Of a stretch of DNA of 64,000 nt, positions 9,590 through 17,558 are shown piece by piece (the stretch's first letter is position 1; each line of letters begins with the position of its first letter). The stretch spans positions 19,623-83,622 of the forward strand of contig JAQBZH010000005.1 in NCBI GenBank assembly GCA_027622005.1, in the 5' to 3' direction. The position numbers and the translations under genes are program-made. The notes under the pieces were generated by a model. That model was given only the letters and a program-made list of their open reading frames with translations, made no database searches and was not told where the DNA came from. The stretch is from Bacteroidota bacterium. Lineage in GTDB: Bacteria > Bacteroidota > Rhodothermia > Rhodothermales > UBA10348.

Positions 9590-10509
9590 GCTCTAAATCG
9601 TCCAAATCTGGGGAAGTTTTAGATAAGCGGGACCTGTCTTGGTATGTTGACCGATTAGCACAGGCGCTGATGTTTGTTGGTGGTATTTCGGCCATCATAT
9701 TCATTGTTGGCATTTTTGTATTCGTCTTTAAAGAAGGCTTTGCTTTTATCCTTGATCGATTTGACATAGTCGAATTCTTTACTTCGATCAACTGGCGCCC
9801 CACATCCGTAGCCAAAGAGACCTATGGAGCACTCGCCCTAATTGTCGGAACAGCCAGCATAACGGGGATGGCCATGCTCATCGCCATTCCGTTTTCGCTA
9901 GGTGCCGCCATATATATTGGTGAGTTTGCGACGGGGAAAACCCGGGAAACGCTTAAAGTTATGGTTGAGTTGTTAGCGGCAATTCCTTCCGTTGTATGGG
10001 GTTTTATCGGCCTCACTATAATGAATGGCGTTATCATTGAACTGTTTAATGTGCCGATCGGATTGAATGTGCTAAACGCCGGAGTCATTTTGGGGCTAAT
10101 GGCCGCTCCTATTATGACCACCATTGCCGAAGATGCCTTGAAAGCCGTGCCCGACAAGTATCGCGAAGCCGCAGAGGCCATGGGCGCTACCAAATGGCAG
10201 GTCATTCGAAAAGTAGTACTGCCCGCAGCCAAAAATGGGCTCGTTTCAGCTGTTCTTCTGGGAATAGGTCGCGGTTTTGGGGAGACAATGGCCGTATTGA
10301 TGGCAAGTGGGCACTCCATTAACATTCCTGGGAGTCCCTTTGACTCTGTCCGGGCACTGACCGCGACCATTGCTGCGGAATTGGGCGAAACGGCCGTAGG
10401 ATCGAATCATTACGGCGCTCTCTTCACGTTGGGAATTTTTCTGTTTTTGATCACGTTTGTTATCAATCTAACGGCGGATCGAGTAGTCCGCGGCATTCGT
10501 AGGTCATAA
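9586..10509 (+). CDS. pstC: Phosphate ABC transporter permease PstC
   Basis: ELLAAIPSVVWG, EAA motif (REAAEAMGATKWQ), GRGFGETMAV. Confidence 0.94.
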   Translation: MSSKSSKSGEVLDKRDLSWYVDRLAQALMFVGGISAIIFIVGIFVFVFKEGFAFILDRFDIVEFFTSINWRPTSVAKETYGALALIVGTASITGMAMLIAIPFSLGAAIYIGEFATGKTRETLKVMVELLAAIPSVVWGFIGLTIMNGVIIELFNVPIGLNVLNAGVILGLMAAPIMTTIAEDALKAVPDKYREAAEAMGATKWQVIRKVVLPAAKNGLVSAVLLGIGRGFGETMAVLMASGHSINIPGSPFDSVRALTATIAAELGETAVGSNHYGALFTLGIFLFLITFVINLTADRVVRGIRRS

Positions 10510-10511
10510 AT

Positions 10512-11381
10512 ATGTTTTCAAAAACCAGTCAAAACGTACGCAATGACCGGATCGAAGGACGATGGCGCACCTTATTTCTGGTGATGACTGCCCTTTTGAT
10601 TCTTCCGGTCGTCATTATTTTAACCCTTCTCATTATTCGCGGCGGACCGGCCATTACCTGGGAGTTTATAAGCGGCTTTCCGATTAAAGGGATGACTCAG
10701 GGTGGAATTTTCCCGGCCTTAATGGGGACCATTTTTTTGGTTTCGCTGGGACTCGTTTTTTCCGTCCCACTGGGCATAGCTGCAGCCATTTATTTGAGCG
10801 AATACGCCAGCGACAATAAATTGACCCGGATCATCAATTTGGCGATAATCAACCTAGCTGGGGTGCCTTCGATTGTTCACGCGCTATTTGGACTCGGCGC
10901 TTTTGTTCTATTCATGGAGTTTGGGACTAGTATTTTGGCTGCAAGCCTCACGTTAGCCATTATGGCCTTGCCGGTCGTCATAGTAGCCACAAAGGAAAGC
11001 CTGGAGGCCGTTCCCTATGCGTTTCGAGAGGCTTGCTGGAGTCTGGGGGCCACTAAATGGCAAACCATTCGAAAAATTGTGCTCCCGAATGCGGTATCCG
11101 GAATATTGACGGGAGTCATCTTGGAGGTGTCGCGCACAGCCGGCGAAACCGCTCCGATTATGTTTACAGGAGCTGCGTTCTTTCTCCCTTTTTTACCGGA
11201 AAGTGTTTACGATCAGACGATGGCGCTTTCGCTTCATTTGTTCGTAGTAGCGACCCAGGTGCCAAATGTGCCTGAAAGCCTGCCGTATGGGGTAGCTCTG
11301 TTGTTGATCATGTTGGTTCTCTTGATGAACGCTTTGTCCATCGGGTTTAGGGTTCGCTTTCGTAGCAAGAAAAAGTGGTAA
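10512..11381 (+). CDS. pstA: Phosphate ABC transporter permease PstA
   Basis: AIYLSEY, NLAGVPSIV, REACWSLGATKWQT, RTAGETAP. Confidence 0.94.
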   Translation: MFSKTSQNVRNDRIEGRWRTLFLVMTALLILPVVIILTLLIIRGGPAITWEFISGFPIKGMTQGGIFPALMGTIFLVSLGLVFSVPLGIAAAIYLSEYASDNKLTRIINLAIINLAGVPSIVHALFGLGAFVLFMEFGTSILAASLTLAIMALPVVIVATKESLEAVPYAFREACWSLGATKWQTIRKIVLPNAVSGILTGVILEVSRTAGETAPIMFTGAAFFLPFLPESVYDQTMALSLHLFVVATQVPNVPESLPYGVALLLIMLVLLMNALSIGFRVRFRSKKKW

Positions 11382-11382
11382 T

Positions 11383-12168
11383 ATGAACGGAACGCTCCAA
11401 GGGTCAGCACAAGACTCACTTATTCTTGACGTCTCCGATCTCAGCGTCGCCTATGGCGGAAAAACCGCTTTGCGTAACGTGACGCTCAATGTGGTCAAAA
11501 ATGAGATCTTCGGCATCATTGGACCTTCGGGCAGCGGAAAAACGTCGTTTCTCAAGGCGATAAACCGAATGGATGCCATGACGCCGGGTATGTCGACCAC
11601 CGGAAATATCCGTTTCCAAGGGTACGATACTGCGAAATGGCGAAATCTGTATTCCTTGCGTAGGCGAATTGGGGTTGTTTTCCCCCTTCCAACTGGGCTG
11701 CCCTTGTCCATTTACGAAAATGTGGCATTTACGCCCAAAATTGCAGGTATACACCGAAAGCTAGAACTCGACGCTATTGTAGAGAAGAGTTTGCGTCGTG
11801 CCGCGTTGTGGGATGAAGTCAAGGATCGCCTTTCGTCATTGGGATCACTCCTTTCCGGAGGGCAACAGCAGCGCCTCACCATCGCGAGGGCACTATCTCA
11901 AGATCCTGATCTTTTGATGTTGGATGAGTTCTCAATTGCCGTCGATCCCGTTACGACTATGCGGATTGAGGAAGTGCTAAGGGAGCTCAAAAACGAAATA
12001 ACCATTATTTTGGTGACAAATTTGGTTCAACAAGCCGAACGTTTGGCAGACCGGACGAGCTTTTTCCTGAATGGTGAAATGGTAGAAGTCGGGCGCACCG
12101 TTGATATTTTTAATGGGAAAGCTTCCGATTCCCGAACCACAGATTATGTGGAGGGTCGCTTTGGTTGA
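11383..12168 (+). CDS. pstB: Phosphate ABC transporter ATP-binding subunit 1 (degenerate Q-loop and H-loop)
   Basis: Walker A GPSGSGKT, signature LSGGQQQR, ALWDEVKDRL, DYVEGRFG. Q-loop reads VFPLP and the switch His is Asn (LVTN). Confidence 0.9.
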   Translation: MNGTLQGSAQDSLILDVSDLSVAYGGKTALRNVTLNVVKNEIFGIIGPSGSGKTSFLKAINRMDAMTPGMSTTGNIRFQGYDTAKWRNLYSLRRRIGVVFPLPTGLPLSIYENVAFTPKIAGIHRKLELDAIVEKSLRRAALWDEVKDRLSSLGSLLSGGQQQRLTIARALSQDPDLLMLDEFSIAVDPVTTMRIEEVLRELKNEITIILVTNLVQQAERLADRTSFFLNGEMVEVGRTVDIFNGKASDSRTTDYVEGRFG

Positions 12169-13009
12169 TAACTCTAAAAATGAAAATCCGTTTGGTGAAG
12201 TAATCTCAATGGAACATCATATAGACGATCCTTCAAACGATTCAACACCGAAAAATGCGGTTGAGACCACTGACCTGAGCCTTTGGTACGGGTCTTTCCA
12301 GGCGCTTTTCAACGTCAATTTCAAGGTCAAACAAGGTCTAGTCACCTCCCTTATTGGACCTTCCGGCTGCGGTAAATCCACTCTTTTAAGAAGTGTAAAC
12401 CGTATCAACGAGCGTTTTGGATACGTTCGTACCGAAGGACAAGTCCACGTATTGGGGCAAGATATTTATGCGCCTACCGTGGATAAAACGCAGGTAAGAA
12501 GCCAAATCGGGATGGTTTTCCAGCGTCCAAATCCGCTGCCTGTTACGATTCGAAAGAACATTTTATTCGGATATCATCTCAAAAATCCGGGCCGAGTTGC
12601 TGCTTCCGTCGAAGATGAGTTGGTCGAAAAGTCGCTGCGAGAAGTGCTTTTATGGGATGACCTAAAGGATAAATTAAATCATTCGGCCCTGAGCCTTTCC
12701 TTGGAGCAGCAGCAGAAGCTCTGTATTGCGCGATTGCTTCCAGTCAAACCAAAAGTGATTTTGATGGACGAACCCTGTTCTGCACTCGATCCCGAAGCTA
12801 CAGCAGCAATCGAAGACTTGATTTGGGATCTCAGAGGCGAATACACGATCCTAATCGTTACCCATAACATGGCTCAAGCGCGTCGGGCTTCTGACGAATG
12901 CGCCTTTATGTTGATGGGGAAAATGGTCGAGCACGGTAAGACGGAGGATATCTTCGTGACGCCTGACCACCAACAAACAGCCGACTATATCGAAGGTAAG
13001 TTTGGGTGA
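12161..13009 (+). CDS. pstB: Phosphate ABC transporter ATP-binding subunit 2 (degenerate signature)
   Basis: Walker [43 protein letters not shown]; signature reads LSLEQQQK. Start is either TTG 12161 (GGAGGG upstream) or ATG 12209. Confidence 0.9.
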   Translation: MVDNSKNENPFGEVISMEHHIDDPSNDSTPKNAVETTDLSLWYGSFQALFNVNFKVKQGLVTSLIGPSGCGKSTLLRSVNRINERFGYVRTEGQVHVLGQDIYAPTVDKTQVRSQIGMVFQRPNPLPVTIRKNILFGYHLKNPGRVAASVEDELVEKSLREVLLWDDLKDKLNHSALSLSLEQQQKLCIARLLPVKPKVILMDEPCSALDPEATAAIEDLIWDLRGEYTILIVTHNMAQARRASDECAFMLMGKMVEHGKTEDIFVTPDHQQTADYIEGKFG

Positions 13010-13061
13010 TGCCCTCATTGCAGCACGCCTCAAAGGAGTCTTCGAACCCATTCGCGTGAGC

Positions 13062-14225
13062 CTACGCTTCTGCCGATTCCAACTTCTCCGAGATCAGTAA
13101 CATAATCTGACGAATCGTCTCATCCTCATCCTCATTGTTGATGATTGAAACCTTGTATTCGTCAGCATGAGAAACCAAATAGGTCTGCAAATCCCATATT
13201 TTATTGAAGTTTTCCAGGTAACGCGACGATCGACGCGACGAAATGACCTGTCCCCTTCCTACCAGTCTCTTTTGAAGGCTTTTAGGCCTCAAAACGGCCA
13301 GTAAAACAGGCACAACCAAAGCATTGGTCTCTCTTACAATCTGATCCATTATCTGCGGGTGAAGATGAACGCCTTCGATAATCAGCGACACTTGTTCGTT
13401 GCAGGTTCGGTTCAAAACCCCTTCCACTCCTACGGCTACTTGATTGGATTGGGTTAAATATCCGTGGATCATTTCTTCCGCTTTGTAGGTCTCGCTGACC
13501 GATGGCATTTGGAGATAGGCATCGAAAGAAGACGTATGAAGCGTAGGCACTAAGCGGATCGGGGCTAGGAGCCTCATCACTTCCCTTAACATATCCGTGG
13601 ACTGCGTCCGGACGATGTCGAGACGATGGGCCAGTTCCGAACTGATTGAGCTTTTTCCGCTGCCATTCGTCCCCCCAACCAATACGATGAGAGGGCGGCC
13701 GGTGTGAGAAAATTTCACCCATCTCCGATAGGCCTCAGAAACACCCAATCCGGCATAGATCTCTAAGAGTTCAAAAACTCGTTCGGTGATTTCTCGCGAC
13801 GTTATTTCCTCGCGCTCCGCGGCCACAAGCTCGGCTTCAATAGCCGTCGCGACTTGATAAATTTCCTCTCGCGGTAGAGCACATATCTCGAGCGAATCGG
13901 CCAATTGGCCCTTTGAAAACGGAGATTCTGATCCATCTCCAGTTATCACTTTTATTTGTGGATATTCAGTGGTCTGACTGATATAGTTTTCAACAAACTG
14001 ATCAAAATCATTTTCTTCCAAATACAGGCAAACCGTAGAACGAAGGTCGGTATTGGAAATCTCTTGAACATCCGCCAAACTATTCCTAATGCTAGAAGCT
14101 ACAGCATATGCTTTCTCGAACGGCAAGCCGGCTTTCTGCAGGGACCTGGTTAAGATGCCGCGCAAAAACGGAACCTTAGATCCTTCAGCAAAATTGATAA
14201 TGTGCAATTTGTCGTTCTTTTCCAT
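13062..14225 (-). CDS. Two ATP-cone-like domains plus a 2-phosphoglycerate-kinase-like P-loop kinase
   Basis: Repeats PFLRGILTRSL...AYAVASSI and PFSKGQLADSL...IYQVATAI; kinase motifs GGTNGSGKSS, STDMLREVMR, LHTSSF, IIEGVHL as in the archaeal 2PGK family. Confidence 0.8.
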   Translation of the reverse strand: MEKNDKLHIINFAEGSKVPFLRGILTRSLQKAGLPFEKAYAVASSIRNSLADVQEISNTDLRSTVCLYLEENDFDQFVENYISQTTEYPQIKVITGDGSESPFSKGQLADSLEICALPREEIYQVATAIEAELVAAEREEITSREITERVFELLEIYAGLGVSEAYRRWVKFSHTGRPLIVLVGGTNGSGKSSISSELAHRLDIVRTQSTDMLREVMRLLAPIRLVPTLHTSSFDAYLQMPSVSETYKAEEMIHGYLTQSNQVAVGVEGVLNRTCNEQVSLIIEGVHLHPQIMDQIVRETNALVVPVLLAVLRPKSLQKRLVGRGQVISSRRSSRYLENFNKIWDLQTYLVSHADEYKVSIINNEDEDETIRQIMLLISEKLESAEA

Positions 14226-14344
14226 TATGAGCGGATCATGCGCCTTCAAAATGTGGTTTAGTTATCTTCATTGTAGGATACTACAATTCTCTTCCCGCGT
14301 TTCATTGGAATAATTCTCCACCGCAAATTAGTACGGAAATACCC

Positions 14345-15283
14345 ATGGTCTTCCTTTCCAAGGTCCAAATAACCGAGCATCTGCCTTACTCAGACTTGGT
14401 CTCGGCGCTCAGGAAGGCCTTTGCCGAAAATCCAGATGTGCCTGCCCGGCAGCACCTCAGGGTTCAGCAATCATCCGGAAAAGACGCTACGCTGTTATTA
14501 ATGCCAGCCTGGAATGAGCACTTTGTGGGCGTGAAAATTGCTTCGGTGTTTCCAGGAAACGTTGATTTAGGCAAGCCAGTCGTGGATGCTTCTTATATTT
14601 TGAAGAACGGTGTTACGGGTGAAATATTAGCCATGCTAGATGGCTCAGCGCTGACAACCATTCGGACGGCTGCCACGTCGGCACTGGCCTCTTCGTACTT
14701 GTCCCGGACCGATTCAAAGACCCTTTTGATGGTGGGTGCGGGCGCTTTGGCTGCCCCTCTTATACGGTCACACACTGCCGTTCGGAGCTTTGACAAAGTC
14801 ATTGTTTGGAACCGATCTTCGGATCGGGTTGAAGGGCTTCGACAGGAGTTAGCTGGTAAATGTGATTTTGAGTACACTTCTAACTTGAATGTAGCAGTTG
14901 AAAAAGCCGACGTAATCTCTTGCGCCACACTATCCTACGAGTCTTTGGTGAAGGGTCGTCACGTTTCTCCTGGAACGCATGTGGATCTAGTCGGAGCTTA
15001 TCTTTCGACGATGCGAGAAACAGATGCCGAGCTGATTGAACGGGCAAATGTCCACGTAGACACTCGGATTGGTGCCCGCCTTGAAGCCGGAGATCTGATT
15101 CAAGCCGAAAAGGAAGGTCCATGGACGTTCGACCTTGTAAAATCTGAATTAAGTGAACTATGCGCTGGCGTTAAGCCAGGACGAACGACCCCCGATGAAA
15201 TAACCGTCTTTAAATCTGTAGGATACAGTTTGGAAGATCTTGTAGCCGCTGTTTTGGCCTACACCAACTACACGAAATCATGA
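14345..15283 (+). CDS. Ornithine cyclodeaminase/mu-crystallin family protein (pyrroline-2-carboxylate reductase-like)
   Basis: LLLMPAW, GVKI, LTTIRTAATSALA, VGAGALA, GTHVDLVGAY, FKSVG.SLED. Confidence 0.88.
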   Translation: MVFLSKVQITEHLPYSDLVSALRKAFAENPDVPARQHLRVQQSSGKDATLLLMPAWNEHFVGVKIASVFPGNVDLGKPVVDASYILKNGVTGEILAMLDGSALTTIRTAATSALASSYLSRTDSKTLLMVGAGALAAPLIRSHTAVRSFDKVIVWNRSSDRVEGLRQELAGKCDFEYTSNLNVAVEKADVISCATLSYESLVKGRHVSPGTHVDLVGAYLSTMRETDAELIERANVHVDTRIGARLEAGDLIQAEKEGPWTFDLVKSELSELCAGVKPGRTTPDEITVFKSVGYSLEDLVAAVLAYTNYTKS

Positions 15284-16410
15284 ACGTGACCGTTGTAGGA
15301 GCAGGTATTTATGGACTTTGCACTGCCGTTCAACTCCTTGCTAGGGGACATCGGGTCGAAGTCTTCGATCGAAGCTCGATCCCGAATCCGCTAGCGTCTA
15401 GCTATGATTATCATCGATTAATCCGACATGCCTACGGGCCCCAAGTGGGATATTCCCAATTGATTCCTGGGGCGCTGCAGGCCTGGGAACGCCTTTGGGA
15501 GCTTCTTGGTGAATCGTTTTACATCGAAACGGGCGCTTTGGCACTTGGACCTAAACACGATCCATGGATTTCTCAATCACGAAAAACGCTCGCTCGATTA
15601 CGGGTTGAAACGGAAGATTGGTCGGTGGAAAGGGCTAAGGAGCGTCTTCCCTGGCTCCGAGTTGGGGACCAAGAGGAGCTTTTGTATTGCAAATCAGGAG
15701 GCGTTCTTCGATCCGGATTAATCTTAGAGGCTTTGGGACAATATTTGCGTTCCAAAGGCGTCGTATTACGGGAAAACATTAATATAACCTCAGTTAGCAA
15801 AGGTCATATCACCGATCGAGCGGGGAAACAGTACAGCTCGGACCACGTGGTATGTGCGCTAGGAGCGGGCCATGGGTACCTTTTTCCGGGTGAGATCCGG
15901 GCCTTTCGGCAGGTATATGCCCTTTATGACGCCGTTTCGGGTACCGCGTCTATTGAACAGGGGTGCCCGATGATCTTAGATATTGGAGACAACGCAGGAT
16001 TTTATTATGTCCCAGGATCGAATCTTTTTCCTGCCAAGGTCGGAGATCACATCAGTCGATTAGAGGGTCATCCGTATGAAGCTAGAACGATTCATCCCGA
16101 AGAAATCGCGTCATTGAAGGGTGTAATCGAAACCCGTTTACATGGCAATTTTGGATCCCTAATCGGTAGCAATGGCACTTCCCAAGCAAACGATAGTCAT
16201 CCAACGCGTTTCGGTCTTTGCTTCTACGAGAGTACCAAGGACCACATCATCCAATTGCAATCAGGTAAAGGTGGCACGCAGATCTTTGGCGGATCTGGTC
16301 ACGGGTTCAAATTTGGGGCCCTTTTTGGGGAAACGGTTGCGGAGTACCTAGCTGGAAATCGATCGTTTCAATCCGCACAAGAAATTGTACAGGGTAAAGG
16401 CATGCCCTAA
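15280..16410 (+). CDS. FAD-dependent amine/amino-acid oxidase (sarcosine/pipecolate oxidase-like)
   Basis: VVGAGIYG, SSYDYHRLIRHAYG, LCFYE (position of the flavinylation Cys), GSGHGFKFG; ATGA overlap with the upstream gene. Confidence 0.82.
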   Translation: MNVTVVGAGIYGLCTAVQLLARGHRVEVFDRSSIPNPLASSYDYHRLIRHAYGPQVGYSQLIPGALQAWERLWELLGESFYIETGALALGPKHDPWISQSRKTLARLRVETEDWSVERAKERLPWLRVGDQEELLYCKSGGVLRSGLILEALGQYLRSKGVVLRENINITSVSKGHITDRAGKQYSSDHVVCALGAGHGYLFPGEIRAFRQVYALYDAVSGTASIEQGCPMILDIGDNAGFYYVPGSNLFPAKVGDHISRLEGHPYEARTIHPEEIASLKGVIETRLHGNFGSLIGSNGTSQANDSHPTRFGLCFYESTKDHIIQLQSGKGGTQIFGGSGHGFKFGALFGETVAEYLAGNRSFQSAQEIVQGKGMP

Positions 16411-16501
16411 TCGACCCTTTTGATGACCTGCTGTAAATGACGCGCCTCTCTCTTGGGCCTCCGCTTTTTGGCCGGTAGGTATAACACGATTGTCGAAAAG
16501 C

Positions 16502-17347
16502 CTATTTCAAATACATTCTGGGTTCTTGATTGTCTATTTTGGCCTCGATTTCAAGGTGTTTCATGATGGGAGAGGCTTTTACTTTAGTCATCAAGACCTC
16601 TTCTATTTGAAATAGGCCGGTGGCGTTGTCCATTTGAATGGAAATCCTAACCGGCTTGTTCTCGCCTTTGACAATCTCAACACGCGAAATGGTATTGGCC
16701 GAATACCGATGCATATCCCCCACTTCTGGGTCTAATTGCAGGGTGAACGGAATAAGGGACCGTCCTTTAGTCATGTCCGTTCCGTCGGCTACTAACACCG
16801 TTCCAGCTTCAATCGAATGAATGCGTGTATGGGCCATGTGCCCAACAATGATTTCGTGCACTAGTGAACGAACAACAACTCGAGCAGCCATATCCTTGGG
16901 ATAAAGCCATTCCAAATAGCGCACAACGATCGGGTCAATCAAGTTGATTGAATGCCATTCATGCTGCTCTCTGGCAACCCCCATCCCTGTGTCATGCAAG
17001 AAGCAGCCTAACGCAACCGCGACCTGCGATTGTTCAAAGTCACTGACCTCTTCTTTTTCGAGGCTCGTCTCAACTCCACCTTCGTGCAATAACTTCAATA
17101 TTTTCAACGCATTATACGTAGTGATGCGCGCGTGAACCGGGCCATGATCGTTGTATCCAAGCCTTCGAACGGACACGACGTTCGCGTAGCTATGATATAA
17201 ATTGATCTCCTCGTCAGCCAGCAAGCGTTCTAGGAGCATATGCGTCTTGCCCGAAGTTCTCTCGAGAAGCACTCGATTTAACTGCTCTTCTTTAGGCGTT
17301 GGTGCTTTCCAATCGGGTACTATCGAACTCATTTCTCTTTTTTCCAT
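16502..17347 (-). CDS. HD-superfamily metal-dependent phosphohydrolase
   Basis: RLGYNDHGPVHA, FLHDTG, HEWHS, VADGTDMTKGRS. ATG at 17347 preferred. Confidence 0.85.
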   Translation of the reverse strand: MEKREMSSIVPDWKAPTPKEEQLNRVLLERTSGKTHMLLERLLADEEINLYHSYANVVSVRRLGYNDHGPVHARITTYNALKILKLLHEGGVETSLEKEEVSDFEQSQVAVALGCFLHDTGMGVAREQHEWHSINLIDPIVVRYLEWLYPKDMAARVVVRSLVHEIIVGHMAHTRIHSIEAGTVLVADGTDMTKGRSLIPFTLQLDPEVGDMHRYSANTISRVEIVKGENKPVRISIQMDNATGLFQIEEVLMTKVKASPIMKHLEIEAKIDNQEPRMYLK

Positions 17348-17501
17348 TTTCTTCTTTTCCTCCTCTTTGCAACGAACGCATTGATTCGTGATCAATCTTC
17401 CTTTCTATTCCTGATTCACTCAATTCCGCTTTTCTGGGAGTTAATCAACTCATTCCGTTTGAGCAATCAGTAGCGCTTTACCCAGATACCTGCTGTATAT
17501 G

Positions 17502-17536
17502 AAAAGAGGGGCGACATGTTCACATGTCGCCCCTCT
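17502..17536 (-). terminator. rpsA intrinsic terminator
   Basis: Perfect inverted repeat AGAGGGGCGACATGT/ACATGTCGCCCCTCT with a T-run on the minus strand, about 22 bp after the rpsA stop. Confidence 0.85.
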
Positions 17537-17558
17537 CAAAAACCATTCGAAAATAGTT

